From: Erythrobacter sp.
Lineage (GTDB): Bacteria; Pseudomonadota; Alphaproteobacteria; Sphingomonadales; Sphingomonadaceae
Length of the DNA stretch: 64,000 nt
Assembly (NCBI GenBank): GCA_024642335.1
Contig: JAHEBH010000002.1
Span: forward strand, 6,647 to 70,646
Direction: 5' to 3'
The position numbers and the translations under genes were made by a program. Below, piece after piece: positions 8,800 through 19,367 of this stretch; positions within the stretch are counted from its first letter, which is position 1, and each line of letters opens with the position of its first letter. The notes beneath the pieces are model-generated. The model was not told the origin of the DNA. It made no database searches and saw nothing but the letters and a program-made list of their open reading frames with translations.

Positions 8800-10158
8800 T
8801 TATGCCTTCTTTGCAGCAGGAACATGATGATCGATCACCAAGGCTGCGACGAGAATGATCGCCGCGCAGACCACCAGTGTTGCAAAGAACGGGATGACGC
8901 TTGTCCCGCCAAGGTCCAGCAACCAGCCACCGAATGCGGTGGCGCTTACAGCGCCAACGCGGCTCATCAGGATTCCCAGCCCTATACCGGTCGAACGGAT
9001 CGAGGACGGGTAGCCCGCTGCCATGATCACATACATGCCGGCAATGCCGGCGCTGAAGAACGCACCCGCTGCTCCGATCAGCGCGGTCACAACCATGCGT
9101 TCCGCTTCATCGGGCGCTGCCGGCAGGCCTTCCACCGCGCCAGCCAGCGCCAGCAGAACCAGCAACAGCACCGCGCCCACTACAATCATCACCGGCTTTG
9201 AACCGAAATGCCGCATGGCCGCGCCCACGAGGATCGAACCGATCATCGATGTGATACCGCCGATCGACACGGTATTACCCGCTTGTTCGAGCGTAAAGCC
9301 GGTAGCGGTGAGGAAGGTCGTGGACCAGCTGAGGATCGAATAGGCAACCATGGCGGCTGCGGCGAAGGCCACGCCCACCCCAATATTGAGGCGCGTGAAG
9401 GAGGGGTCGAAAATGCCGATCTTCCCGCCATCGGGCAGGTCGGCCGCATGAGTTTCCGGGGCCAGGTCGATCTCGCCCTCAAGAACCAGCGCTGCACTCT
9501 TCTTTGCCTGCTCTGTCTTGCCCTGTCCCAGGAGGAAGGACGGGCTGTCGCGCAGGACTGCGAGGATGACCACCACCAGCCCCAGCGTGGCGAAGCCGAA
9601 GAACACGAACGTCCCGTCCCATCCACGTGCTATGGCCAGATCGGGGCCGATCCAGCCCACGATGGTCCCGCCTATCGGCGTTCCGACCGAAAGCGTGCTG
9701 ACGGCAATGGGGCGCCAGCGATCCGGCGTCCATTCGCTCGCCATGGTCAGCGCATTGGCATAGGCCGAGCCAAAACCAAGCCCGCCGATCAGGCGCCAGA
9801 AGGCCATCGACCAGACACCTTCAGCGCTGCCAGCACCGATTGTTGCCAATGAAAAGACTACCGCCGCGATGGCCAGCGCATAGCGGCGCCCGATTCGGTC
9901 TCCGATGATGCCGCCTGCGCCCGAGCCAAGGCCAAAGCCTACCAGCGCCGCACCCATGGCCAGGCCAAAAGTGCTGCGATCAACGCCAAAGTCCTCCATC
10001 ACCAGCGGAGCGATGATGCCGAGCAACTGCAGGTCCATCCCGTCGCAAACCAGGATCAGCATGCAAACGGCCACGGTCAGCCATTGGAATGCCCGCATGG
10101 GCGAGCGATTGAGTGCTTCGACAAACGAGATACTGCCCGCAGGCGCTGATGTAGCCAA
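8800..10158 (-). CDS. Aromatic acid:H+ symporter family MFS transporter (PcaK/BenK-like)
   Basis: LVCDGMDLQLLGIIAP, GDRIGRR, EWTPDRWR, YPSSIRSTGIG motifs typical of AAHS transporters. Confidence 0.8.
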   Translation of the reverse strand: MATSAPAGSISFVEALNRSPMRAFQWLTVAVCMLILVCDGMDLQLLGIIAPLVMEDFGVDRSTFGLAMGAALVGFGLGSGAGGIIGDRIGRRYALAIAAVVFSLATIGAGSAEGVWSMAFWRLIGGLGFGSAYANALTMASEWTPDRWRPIAVSTLSVGTPIGGTIVGWIGPDLAIARGWDGTFVFFGFATLGLVVVILAVLRDSPSFLLGQGKTEQAKKSAALVLEGEIDLAPETHAADLPDGGKIGIFDPSFTRLNIGVGVAFAAAAMVAYSILSWSTTFLTATGFTLEQAGNTVSIGGITSMIGSILVGAAMRHFGSKPVMIVVGAVLLLVLLALAGAVEGLPAAPDEAERMVVTALIGAAGAFFSAGIAGMYVIMAAGYPSSIRSTGIGLGILMSRVGAVSATAFGGWLLDLGGTSVIPFFATLVVCAAIILVAALVIDHHVPAAKKA

Positions 10159-10224
10159 TGGTAATCCCCTCTTCCGGAAGCGAGGATTCCCGCAATCGTG
10201 GCAAATGACCAGAGCAAAAGTGGA

Positions 10225-10809
10225 TTAGAGGACAGGAATCTCCTCTGCCCAACCCATATCGAGGCGATAGATCACATCCTGACCCGCAGAATGATAGCAC
10301 AACATCGCATCGCGACCCTCCCCGATATAGAGTGCCCGCAATATGGAACCGGCAACGCCATGTCCCACCACCACCAGGTCGCGGTTGCCTGCCCAGCGCA
10401 GCCAGCCCCAGAGCCGTTCGACGGCAGCGTCCAGCCCTTCACCGTCGCTGCAATGGTTTGCCCATGCCGACATGAAGGTCGGCTCATCCTCGATGACAGG
10501 ATCGCGCGCGCAGATGGAGGCAAAGTGGTGCTTCTCCCACGATCCGCAACCGACTTCCTGCAGCCGCGCATCTGTGATCACGGGCTTGTCCAAGCCGGCC
10601 GCATCCCGGACCAGCAGGGCTGATTCATGCGCACGTCTTTGCGGGCTTGAGATGATATCGAAGCCGTCATGCTGCAGCATGTCGCGCAGTTTCGTGCCCA
10701 TGGCCGCTGCCTGTTCCCTGCCGAGGCTGGTCAGCGGACTGTCGAGGCTTCCCTGAATGCGCCGCTCCAGGTTGAACTCGGTCTGGCCGTGGCGCAGCAG
10801 GAAGATCAT
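10225..10809 (-). CDS. Histidine phosphatase family protein
   Basis: LLRHGQT catalytic motif, SSPQRRA, LQEVGCGSWE, VGHG; start overlaps the SDR stop (ATGA). Confidence 0.88.
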   Translation of the reverse strand: MIFLLRHGQTEFNLERRIQGSLDSPLTSLGREQAAAMGTKLRDMLQHDGFDIISSPQRRAHESALLVRDAAGLDKPVITDARLQEVGCGSWEKHHFASICARDPVIEDEPTFMSAWANHCSDGEGLDAAVERLWGWLRWAGNRDLVVVGHGVAGSILRALYIGEGRDAMLCYHSAGQDVIYRLDMGWAEEIPVL

Positions 10810-11717
10810 TTGCGGCGCTGCTCCGGATCGGGAAGCGGCCGGTTGCCCGGTGCCATCAGCTTGCGCACCATTTCCGCACGGTTCGCCTCGAACTGGATCC
10901 GGGCCGGTGTAGGCTCATCATCGGGGAAGGCTTCCTCGATCTCGCGATGGCGCTGCTTCACTTCGTCGAGGAATTCGCGATTGGTGAGGATGTAGAAGCG
11001 ATTTTCCTTGATTGCCTGCACAACCGCGCGCCCGGTATCCTCGGGATCGATCGCGCCGCGCATGGCATCCCACAAATCCTTGAGGAACTGCGGTGCGTTC
11101 TCTTCATCCACCGTTCCGGGATTGTCTTCCGGCAAAGGAACGATGGCCGTGCGCGTGGCCCCGGGGAACAGGCAGGAAACGCCAATGCCCTGCCGCGCCA
11201 GTTGCAGGCGCAGGCTCTCCGAAAAACCGCGAATGGCATATTTGCTGGTCGAATAGGCACCCAGGTTCGGCAACGGCACCATGCCCGCCATCGAACTGGT
11301 ATTGACGACATGGCCACCCTCACCCTGCGCACGAATGATCGGCACCACGATCTTGGTGCCATTGATCACGCCGCCCAAGTTGATCGCCATCGCCTTGTCC
11401 CAATCCTCGAATTCGGGATCAGCCGCCTTGCCGCCGCCATTGATGCCGGCATTGTTGCACAGCACGTGGATCTTGCCGAAATGGCCCAGCACTTCGTCAG
11501 CTGCTGCCTTCAGGCTCTCGCGGTCGGCAACATTGGCCTTCACGAAATAGACGGCGTTGTTGCCTGCCAGTTCCTTCCTTGCGGCAGCGATATGCTCGTC
11601 GCTCCAGTCCGCCAGGGCAACCTTCATGCCTTCGGCCAGGAAAGCCTTGCCCATCCCCAGCCCGATGCCGCTGGCACCGCCGGTAATGAAGGCAACCTTG
11701 CCCTTCAGATCTTCCAT
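10806..11717 (-). CDS. SDR oxidoreductase, LigD/LigN/LigO-like
   Basis: KVAFITGGASGIG, NNAG, catalytic YSTSK; about 300 aa with extended C-terminus. Confidence 0.85.
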   Translation of the reverse strand: MEDLKGKVAFITGGASGIGLGMGKAFLAEGMKVALADWSDEHIAAARKELAGNNAVYFVKANVADRESLKAAADEVLGHFGKIHVLCNNAGINGGGKAADPEFEDWDKAMAINLGGVINGTKIVVPIIRAQGEGGHVVNTSSMAGMVPLPNLGAYSTSKYAIRGFSESLRLQLARQGIGVSCLFPGATRTAIVPLPEDNPGTVDEENAPQFLKDLWDAMRGAIDPEDTGRAVVQAIKENRFYILTNREFLDEVKQRHREIEEAFPDDEPTPARIQFEANRAEMVRKLMAPGNRPLPDPEQRRK

Positions 11718-11764
11718 GTTCGCAATTTCCCCCTGGATCGATGTCGGCAAATGGGCCGAAGTCT

Positions 11765-12229
11765 TCAACGCCCCTGCGTCAAAAGCCCTGCGGCTGCAAT
11801 ACCCGCTTCGCCGCACGCGCTATCATCTGCACTGTCTGCACCCGAAACGCCCACGCCGCCAAGTGCCACGCCGTCTTCGGTAAAGAAGGGCGTACCCCCC
11901 TCCCAGGTCGCGACACCCGGCGCGCCTTGACCCCAGTTGGCCGTCTCCTTCGAGGCAACATGGATGGTGGCTGCAGACCGGCCCTTCCACATGGCAAAAT
12001 CGGCAACAGCCGTGGAAGTACCATCCATGAAGGCAAAGGTGATCAGGCGTCCCGCCTCGTCATAGACAGCCACGGCAATGTTCATTTCGCGCTCGCCTGC
12101 CCAGGCAAGGCAGGTATCGCGAATGGTCGCCGCCGTCGCATAATCCAGCATAGGCCGGGCAGACTGAGCCAATGCCGGGACACTTGCCGCCAGCGCAATT
12201 GCCGCAGCCAGGATAGACTTGGTTCGCAT
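11765..12229 (-). CDS. GlcG/HbpS-like heme-binding protein with signal peptide
   Basis: IAVAVYDEAGRL, GG.P...GVALGGVGVSGA..DD..C..AG; Ala-rich signal ending ALA. Confidence 0.8.
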   Translation of the reverse strand: MRTKSILAAAIALAASVPALAQSARPMLDYATAATIRDTCLAWAGEREMNIAVAVYDEAGRLITFAFMDGTSTAVADFAMWKGRSAATIHVASKETANWGQGAPGVATWEGGTPFFTEDGVALGGVGVSGADSADDSACGEAGIAAAGLLTQGR

Positions 12230-12330
12230 CGGAATTCTTCCCCTCACCTCGTGTCTTGCAAGTTTGCCAGATCGCCCCACATGCGTCCATGCCCGTGCAC
12301 GAACGGTTCGCAAAGGAAAGGCCCCAAGAA

Positions 12331-12864
12331 ATGCAGTTCTCGCTCTACGAAGCCACCGTCCCGGGCTACCTGCAATCGCTGAGAGCAACCACAGCCTGGC
12401 TTGCAAAGGCCGAAGCCTTCGCGAACGAGGCAGGGCTGGCCGAGGCAGACATGATGGCGGCCAGGCTTGCCGACGATATGTTCCCCTTCAACCGGCAGGT
12501 ACGCGCCTGCGCCATGCACAGCCAGGGCGCGCTGGAGGGCGCATTCAAAGGCGTCTTCTCACCAGACCTGTCGCCGCATCCGGAAAGCTTTGCCGGACTG
12601 CGTGAAAGGTTGGGAGAGGCTTTGACCTATCTGGAAGGGCTCGCAAAATCCGATGTGGATGGATTGCTCGGCCAGGAAATGCGCTTCGAGTTTCGCGATA
12701 CCAAGTGGCCCTTCCTGGCACAGGACTTCCTGCTCAGCTTCAGCCAGCCGAACTTCTTCTTCCACACCACCACGGCCTATGCGATCCTGCGTCATCAAGG
12801 CATGCAGATCGGCAAGATGGATTACCTCGGCAAGACCCGAATGCTGGATCAGTCATCCAAGTAA
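12331..12864 (+). CDS. DUF1993 family protein
   Basis: ARLADDMFPF..QV..C, PNFFFHTTTAYAILRHQG..IGKMDYLG. Confidence 0.88.
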   Translation: MQFSLYEATVPGYLQSLRATTAWLAKAEAFANEAGLAEADMMAARLADDMFPFNRQVRACAMHSQGALEGAFKGVFSPDLSPHPESFAGLRERLGEALTYLEGLAKSDVDGLLGQEMRFEFRDTKWPFLAQDFLLSFSQPNFFFHTTTAYAILRHQGMQIGKMDYLGKTRMLDQSSK

Positions 12865-13000
12865 TTTCCTCGGAAACAGGCGGATAATTACCACCTTCTT
12901 CTCCGCGAATTAAGAAAAAATACGTAATAAAGTCTTATAGTTTTTGAACATTCTTAACATATCCCGCCTAAACGATTGTTTGGTTTCTGGGAGGATAGGG

Positions 13001-14269
13001 ATGGATTGGCTGCGCGCATCTAATGCGGCCACCACTGACCTGAAGAACTTTCGCCGCCTGCTCTGGATCAGCCAGTGCGGGACTGCAGCGCTGCTCTTTC
13101 TCGCCCTGACGCAGACCGGAACAGCAGCCACCGCCCTGACTGCCATCGCTGCCGGATCAATGGTGGCACAGTTCCTGATCTCCCGTCTTCTTGCCCATCG
13201 CTCGATCCTGCAGATCGAAGAGCATGAACGGCTGTTCCACGAAGCGGAAGATTCCCGTGAACAGATCGAACAGCTCTTCGCTATGACAGACATGCTGCAA
13301 AGTGCCGAGAACCATGACGACGCCGGCGCCATTCTGGAAGCGAGCGCGACCAGCCTTCTCCCTGAATTTCGCGGTGCGCTCTATATCTTCAACAACTCGC
13401 ACGACCGGCTGGACCGGATCCGCTACTGGCCACATGCGGAAGACTGCAACCCGGCAGAGGCTCTGGTTCCCGGCAATTGCTGGGCCCTGAAACGCGGCAA
13501 GCCGCATATCAACGACCCCCATACGGGTAAGCTGTGCTGCATGCACAACAACGGCGTGATGTCGACCTTCGAGATTCCGATGATCGCGCGAGGCAAGGTC
13601 CACGGCCTGCTGATGCTGGCAGTCGAAGGAACCGACGGCACTGCCCGACTGAAGAAGGTCTCCCGCATTGCGCGTGCTTTGGCCGATTCCGTTAGTCTGG
13701 CCTTGGCAAATATTGCGCTACAGGAAAAACTGCGCACCCAATCTCTCCGCGACCCGCTGACCGGCCTCTACAACCGGCGATACATGGAAGATGCGCTGGA
13801 ACGTTACCTGAGCATTGCCGAACGCAATGGCAGCGCAACTGCAGTCGTGATGATCGATCTCGACCACTTCAAGAAACTTAACGACGTGCACGGTCACGCC
13901 AAGGGCGATGCCGTGCTGCGCGATGTTGCGGGGCAGCTGGTGGGCGCTCTGCGCCCGTCTGACGTTGTCAGTCGCTATGGCGGCGAGGAGCTGCTGGTCA
14001 TTCTTCCTGGCTGCAGCCTCGAGGACGCGATGCTAAGGGCCGAAATCCTGCGCGCTCGTGTGGAAAGCCTTGGCGCCCTGCACAACACACCCATCACCGC
14101 ATCATTCGGCGTCGCTTGCGTTCCCGAAACCGCCAGCGCCATGGCCGACGTTGTGCCCATGGCCGATGCCGCCCTCTATGAAGCCAAGCAGGCAGGGCGA
14201 AATTGCGTAAAGGCGGCGAAACGTCGCGGTCCAGCTGATCGCTCCAAGCCCCATTTGGCCGTCGGCTAA
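13001..14269 (+). CDS. Membrane-anchored GAF plus GGDEF diguanylate cyclase
   Basis: Two N-terminal hydrophobic segments, CWALKRG GAF region, DPLTGLYNRR, RPSD I-site, GGEEL; GAGGA RBS before 13001. Confidence 0.9.
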   Translation: MDWLRASNAATTDLKNFRRLLWISQCGTAALLFLALTQTGTAATALTAIAAGSMVAQFLISRLLAHRSILQIEEHERLFHEAEDSREQIEQLFAMTDMLQSAENHDDAGAILEASATSLLPEFRGALYIFNNSHDRLDRIRYWPHAEDCNPAEALVPGNCWALKRGKPHINDPHTGKLCCMHNNGVMSTFEIPMIARGKVHGLLMLAVEGTDGTARLKKVSRIARALADSVSLALANIALQEKLRTQSLRDPLTGLYNRRYMEDALERYLSIAERNGSATAVVMIDLDHFKKLNDVHGHAKGDAVLRDVAGQLVGALRPSDVVSRYGGEELLVILPGCSLEDAMLRAEILRARVESLGALHNTPITASFGVACVPETASAMADVVPMADAALYEAKQAGRNCVKAAKRRGPADRSKPHLAVG

Positions 14270-15327
14270 CCGGTAACCTCCAGCACCATGTTGGTTGGCG
14301 TTTCCGCCGCCCTGCGGACATTGGCGAAGCCTGCTTCATTGAGCACTTCGGTGAGGCGTTTCTGCCCGGCCTGGGCACCCAGCCCCAGCCCCACTTCCTG
14401 TGCCAGCGAGGCAGGCGTGCAAACCACGCAAGAGGCCGCGTAGAATATCTGCCCCATCGGGTGCATGTTCTCCGCCATCGTGTCGCCTGCCATGGGCTCG
14501 ACCAGCATGAAGGTCCCGTCATCCTTCAGCGTCTCGCGGATGTGTCGGGCAGCACCGACGGGATCGCCCATGTCGTGCAATGCATCGAAGATACAGGCGA
14601 AATCGAAGCCATCGCCTGGATAATCTTGCGCCTTGGCGACGATGAATTCGACGTTGGTCACTCCTGCCTCTGCAGCCTTGGCCTTCGCCGCCGCAATCGA
14701 AGGGGCATGGAAATCGATGCCGACCACAGTCGAGTTGGGGTAAGCCTGCGCCATGAGCACGGTCGAGGTCCCGTGGCCGCAACCGATATCGGCGATCCTG
14801 GCACCCGCTTTCAGCTTGTCTTCGACGCCTGCAAGCGATGGAATCCAGCTCTCGACCAGGTTCGCGGCGTAGCCGGGGCGGAAGAAGCGGTCGGTGCCGC
14901 AGAAGCAGCATGGCAAATGATCGCTCCACGGCCTGCCTTCGCCCAAAATGAAGATATCTGCAGCCTTCTCGTGCGTCGCGAATTGCGAAAGGATGATCTC
15001 GAAAAAACCCTGCATGCAGGCGGGTTGCCCTTCGCGGCCGAAGATCAGCGCCTGCTCGGGCCTGACCTCGAACGTTTCCTTCTCGGGATCGAAGGTAACG
15101 TACCCCGCCGCCGAGACCGAGCCGAGCCATTCATGCAGATACTTGGAATTCATGCCTGACAGTGCAGCAAGCTGGTCGAGCGTAAGAGGGCCCTTGCCGT
15201 CCATCAGGTCGAACAGGCCTGCCTTGTCTCCCAGCACGGCCATGAACACGCTCATCGCCCCGGCAACGTCGCCAATGACCTTGCCGGCAAGCGCTTCGAC
15301 TTTGCCGAAATCGATATGCTCGCTCAT
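14266..15327 (-). CDS. Class I SAM-dependent methyltransferase with N-terminal winged helix
   Basis: ADIGCGHG motif, FDALHDMGDP. Confidence 0.88.
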   Translation of the reverse strand: MSEHIDFGKVEALAGKVIGDVAGAMSVFMAVLGDKAGLFDLMDGKGPLTLDQLAALSGMNSKYLHEWLGSVSAAGYVTFDPEKETFEVRPEQALIFGREGQPACMQGFFEIILSQFATHEKAADIFILGEGRPWSDHLPCCFCGTDRFFRPGYAANLVESWIPSLAGVEDKLKAGARIADIGCGHGTSTVLMAQAYPNSTVVGIDFHAPSIAAAKAKAAEAGVTNVEFIVAKAQDYPGDGFDFACIFDALHDMGDPVGAARHIRETLKDDGTFMLVEPMAGDTMAENMHPMGQIFYAASCVVCTPASLAQEVGLGLGAQAGQKRLTEVLNEAGFANVRRAAETPTNMVLEVTG

Positions 15328-15464
15328 TGGCTTTCTCCCTTGAATGGCATTTGCGAATGACCCTGCAGTGCGAGCGAGCATGACGCAAGGTCGGACAGGT
15401 TGCGCACACAGGAAACGGGCCGCGGTGGCTGGCGCCCCGCGGCCCTGTCTCCCGTGCGGAGAAG

Positions 15465-15497
15465 AAAGCCCCCGAACCGCGATGGTCCAGGGGCTTT
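15465..15497 (-). terminator. Probable intrinsic terminator after pnp
   Basis: AAAGCCCC-loop-GGGGCTTT hairpin just past the pnp stop. Confidence 0.6.
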
Positions 15498-15507
15498 CCC
15501 AATTCGA

Positions 15508-17823
15508 TTAATCGTCCTTGAGGAAGGCCGGCATGTGGTCGGGGGTGCCCCCCTCCCTGCCGCTGCCGCCATCGTGGTCACCACGATCACGGCGCGGGCC
15601 ACGGTCACGACCGCCACCGCCACCGCCACCGCGCGGACCGCGATCACCGCGACCACCGCCCGGACGACGATCGCCCCGATCACCGCGCGGCTCACGCGGT
15701 TCGCGCGGTGGGCGGGTGTCTTCCAGCTCTTCGCCGGTTTCCTGGTCGACTACGCGCATCGACAGGCGGACCTTGCCGCGGTTGTCGATTTCGAGAACCT
15801 TGACCTTCACTTCCTGGCCTTCGGTGACGACGTCAGTTGGCTTTTCGACGCGCTCGTTCTTCATTTCGGACACGTGGACGAGGCCGTCCTTGCCGCCCAT
15901 GAAGTTCACGAACGCACCGAAATCGACGATGTTGACGACCTTGCCGTTGTAGACCTTGCCGACTTCCGGCTCCTCCACAATGCCCTGGATCCAGGCCTTG
16001 GCGGCCTCGATCTGCGACACATCGGAGGAGGAAATCTTGATCACGCCTTCGTCATCGATGTCTACCTTGGCTCCGGTTTCGGCCACGATCTCGCGGATAA
16101 CCTTGCCGCCGGTGCCGATCACGTCGCGGATCTTCGACTTGTCGATCTGAATCGTTTCGATACGCGGTGCGTGGGCCGACAGTTCGGTGCGAGCCGAACC
16201 CAGGGCCTTCTGCATTTCGCCAAGGATGTGCTGGCGGCCAGCCTTGGCCTGTTCCAGCGCCTTGGCCATGATTTCCTGCGTGATCCCGGCCACCTTGATG
16301 TCCATCTGCATGGTGGTGATGCCGTTCTCGGTGCCAGCGACCTTGAAGTCCATGTCGCCGAGGTGATCTTCGTCACCCAGGATGTCCGACAGCACGGCGA
16401 ACTCGTCACCTTCCAGGATCAGGCCCATGGCGATGCCGGAAACCGGGCGTTCGATAGGAACACCGGCATCCATCATCGACAAACAGCCACCGCAGATCGT
16501 CGCCATCGAGGACGAGCCATTGGACTCGGTGATGTCGGACAGGATGCGGATCGTGTAGGGGAAGTCGTCATGCTTCGGCAGCACGGGGTGCAGCGCGCGC
16601 CATGCCAGCTTGCCGTGGCCGATCTCGCGACGGCCCGGTGCGCCGAAGCGGCCCACTTCGCCGACCGAATAGGGCGGGAAGTTATAGTGCAGCATGAAGT
16701 TCGAATAGGTGAGGCCTTCAAGGCCGTCGATCATCTGCTCGCTGTCCTTGGTGCCCAGCGTGGTGGTGCAGATTGCCTGCGTTTCACCGCGGGTGAACAG
16801 TGCCGAACCATGCGTGCGGGGCAGGAAGCCGACAATGCTCTCGATCGGGCGAACCTGGTCCAGCTTGCGGCCATCGATACGCTGGCCGTCCTTGAGGATG
16901 GCGGTGCGGACGATTTCGGCCTCGACCTTCTTCATGGTCTTGATCGCGACCATCTGGGTCTGCGGGGTTTCTTCCGCGAAGGCTTCCTTGGCCTTGGCCC
17001 GCGCTTCGTTGAGCGCGTTCGAACGGGCCGACTTGTCGGTCAACTTGTAGGCTGCGGCAACATCCTTGCCAACGAGGTCCTTGAGCTTCTTCTTGATGTC
17101 GGCGGTGTTGTCGGTGACGTCGATCTCCCACGGATCCTTGGCGGCCTGTTCGGCCAGCTGGATGATCGCCTTGACGACCTGCTGGTTCGCCTCATGCGCG
17201 AACATCACGGCGCCGAGCATGTCTTGCTCCGAAAGCTCCTTGGCTTCGGATTCGACCATCATCACCGCGTCATGCGTGCCGGCGACGATCAGGTCCAACC
17301 GGCCATCGGCCAGCGCGGTTTCCTGCTTGGGGTTGAGGACATATTCGCCATCGATCATGCCGACGCGGCAGCCCGAGATCGGACCCATGAAGGGAACGCC
17401 CGAAATGGTCAGCGCAGCCGAAGCCGCGACCATTGCCAGCACATCGGCCTCGGTCTCGCCATCGAAGGAGAGAACCTGGCAAATGACGTTGATTTCGTTG
17501 TAGAAACCTTCAGGGAACAGTGGGCGGATCGGACGGTCGATCAGGCGGCTGGTGAGCGTTTCCTTCTCGGTGGCGCCACGTTCGCGCTTGAAGAAGCCGC
17601 CCGGAATCCGGCCGGCGGCAGAGAATTTTTCCTGATAGTGAACGGTCAGCGGGAAGAAATCCTGCCCTTCCTTCACATTCTTGGCGGCGGTCACGGCGCA
17701 GAGCACCACGGTTTCGCCATAGGTGGCCAGCACGGCGCCGTCGGCTTGACGGGCAATGCGGCCGGTCTCGAGGGTGAGGGTTTTTCCGCCCCACTCCAGC
17801 GATACTGTCTTAACGTCGAACAT
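15508..17823 (-). CDS. pnp: Polyribonucleotide nucleotidyltransferase
   Basis: RFFKRE-type [28 protein letters not shown] and S1 domains. Confidence 0.98.
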   Translation of the reverse strand: MFDVKTVSLEWGGKTLTLETGRIARQADGAVLATYGETVVLCAVTAAKNVKEGQDFFPLTVHYQEKFSAAGRIPGGFFKRERGATEKETLTSRLIDRPIRPLFPEGFYNEINVICQVLSFDGETEADVLAMVAASAALTISGVPFMGPISGCRVGMIDGEYVLNPKQETALADGRLDLIVAGTHDAVMMVESEAKELSEQDMLGAVMFAHEANQQVVKAIIQLAEQAAKDPWEIDVTDNTADIKKKLKDLVGKDVAAAYKLTDKSARSNALNEARAKAKEAFAEETPQTQMVAIKTMKKVEAEIVRTAILKDGQRIDGRKLDQVRPIESIVGFLPRTHGSALFTRGETQAICTTTLGTKDSEQMIDGLEGLTYSNFMLHYNFPPYSVGEVGRFGAPGRREIGHGKLAWRALHPVLPKHDDFPYTIRILSDITESNGSSSMATICGGCLSMMDAGVPIERPVSGIAMGLILEGDEFAVLSDILGDEDHLGDMDFKVAGTENGITTMQMDIKVAGITQEIMAKALEQAKAGRQHILGEMQKALGSARTELSAHAPRIETIQIDKSKIRDVIGTGGKVIREIVAETGAKVDIDDEGVIKISSSDVSQIEAAKAWIQGIVEEPEVGKVYNGKVVNIVDFGAFVNFMGGKDGLVHVSEMKNERVEKPTDVVTEGQEVKVKVLEIDNRGKVRLSMRVVDQETGEELEDTRPPREPREPRGDRGDRRPGGGRGDRGPRGGGGGGGRDRGPRRDRGDHDGGSGREGGTPDHMPAFLKDD

Positions 17824-17955
17824 ATTTTTTCCTTTGACCCGCGGCCCTATTGCTCGCGGGGTTTGCTGCCGGGTGTACCGTCCCGGTCCGGTGCGGGGCG
17901 TTTCTTCTTGCCCCAAAGGCGATGCCTGTCGAATTACAGACAACACCCCTCAATT

Positions 17956-18058
17956 CGTCACCCCGGGAAGCGCAGCTCTGCATTGCAGACCTGATCCGGG
18001 ATCCATTTCTCCACCAGAGCCATTGGCTCGATGGGCCCTGAAACAGGTTCAGGATCAC
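17956..18058. repeat. Degenerate miniature palindromic element between rpsO and pnp
   Basis: CGTCACCCC...ACCTGATCCGGGATCCAT on the left and ATGGGCCCTGAAACAGGTTCAGGATCAC on the right resemble recalled alphaproteobacterial REP-like units. Confidence 0.45.
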
Positions 18059-18068
18059 AGATGCTAAA

Positions 18069-18088
18069 CGGCCCGCCGAAGCGGGCCG
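18069..18088 (-). terminator. Intrinsic terminator after rpsO
   Basis: CGGCCCGC-UUCG-GCGGGCCG followed by UUU on the minus strand. Confidence 0.7.
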
Positions 18089-18098
18089 AAGCATTCCG

Positions 18099-18368
18099 TC
18101 ACTTACGCAGACCCAGCTTCTGGATCAGGGCGTTGTAGCGCGCCAGGTCTTCCTTCTTGAGGTAGGCCAGCAGGCTGCGACGCTTGTTGACCATCTTGAG
18201 CAGGCCACGACGCGAATGGTTATCCTTGTGGTGATCCTTGAAATGATCGGTCAGGTTGCGGATACGTTCGGTCAGGATGGCGACCTGTACTTCCGGCGAA
18301 CCGGTGTCACCCTTCCCTTGCGCGTTGTCCTTGATGATCTTCTGCTTTGCTTCGGCAGTAACCGACAT
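18099..18368 (-). CDS. rpsO: 30S ribosomal protein S15
   Basis: [20 protein letters not shown]...[21 protein letters not shown]. Confidence 0.98.
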   Translation of the reverse strand: MSVTAEAKQKIIKDNAQGKGDTGSPEVQVAILTERIRNLTDHFKDHHKDNHSRRGLLKMVNKRRSLLAYLKKEDLARYNALIQKLGLRK

Positions 18369-18390
18369 ATTTTTCAAACCTTTCGCAGCA

Positions 18391-19359
18391 TCATTCGATA
18401 TTGAAACCCCTGACGACCCTGGCCGTCCCGTCCGAAAGCTCCATCAGCGCTACCGGAGCAATGTCCAGCTTCGCAAGATAGAGCCCGTCCGGTTGGGGCA
18501 ATCCGGAAATGACCCGGCCCTGGCGGACCGCCTGCGCGCTTTCCGGATCGAGAGACAAGGCCGGGATGCCGTCCAGCCCCGCCTCCAGCGGCAGGAGGTG
18601 GTCTTCAAGTGGCGCGCCCTTACCGATTTCGTTCAGTTTGTCCAGCGAAATCGCCTGTTTTTCGGTGAAGGGACCGGCCTTGATACGCCTTAGGTATGTG
18701 ACGTGACCTACTGTTCCCAGCGCATGGGCAATATCTCTGGCGAGACTGCGGATGTAGGTGCCCTTGCTGACATGGGCGACGAGCGTGATGCTGTCGGCCA
18801 GTTCCAGCGGGGCGGAAGGATCGTAGGGATCGGGACGTCCGGCGGTTGTTGCAAAGGCGGAATCGACGGGCTGGCGATCTGACCCTCCAAGCACCCCCAG
18901 CGAATGGATAGTGACGGAACGCGTCTTCATCTCCACTTCCTCGCCCGCCCTGGCACGGTCATAGGCGCGCTTGCCGTCAATCTTCACGGCGGAATAGGCG
19001 GGAGGCACCTGTTCGATGGGACCGGTGAAAAATTCACAAATGGCCGCAATGGCAGCGAGTGGTGGGCGGTGATCGGACCTTGCGATCACTACGCCTTCCG
19101 TGTCGAGCGTATCGGTCTCCTCCCCGAAAGCGATGGTGAATTCGTAAGCCTTGTCGCTATCGAGCATGCGGCCGCACAGCTTGGTCGCCTCCCCCAGCGC
19201 GATGGGCAGCACGCCTTCCGCCAACGGGTCGAGCGTGCCGCCATGGCCCACCTTCACCTTGCCGAAACCCGCCTCGCGCAGGTTTCGCTTCACCGCACCA
19301 ACGGCCTGCGTCGAGCCCAGCCCGCGCGGCTTGTCGAGGATGATCCAGCCATGCGGCAT
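18391..19359 (-). CDS. truB: tRNA pseudouridine(55) synthase
   Basis: [40 protein letters not shown]. Confidence 0.97.
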   Translation of the reverse strand: MPHGWIILDKPRGLGSTQAVGAVKRNLREAGFGKVKVGHGGTLDPLAEGVLPIALGEATKLCGRMLDSDKAYEFTIAFGEETDTLDTEGVVIARSDHRPPLAAIAAICEFFTGPIEQVPPAYSAVKIDGKRAYDRARAGEEVEMKTRSVTIHSLGVLGGSDRQPVDSAFATTAGRPDPYDPSAPLELADSITLVAHVSKGTYIRSLARDIAHALGTVGHVTYLRRIKAGPFTEKQAISLDKLNEIGKGAPLEDHLLPLEAGLDGIPALSLDPESAQAVRQGRVISGLPQPDGLYLAKLDIAPVALMELSDGTARVVRGFNIE

Positions 19360-19367
19360 GGGCAGCC

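Noticed and set aside
15400-17994. 864-aa plus-strand ORF; similar long ORFs at 23717-26800, 27140-28984, 50727-52298 and 699-1952
   Set aside because: Antisense shadows of pnp, infB, nusA, typA and the ABC permease, expected with GC-rich codon usage; no recognisable motifs
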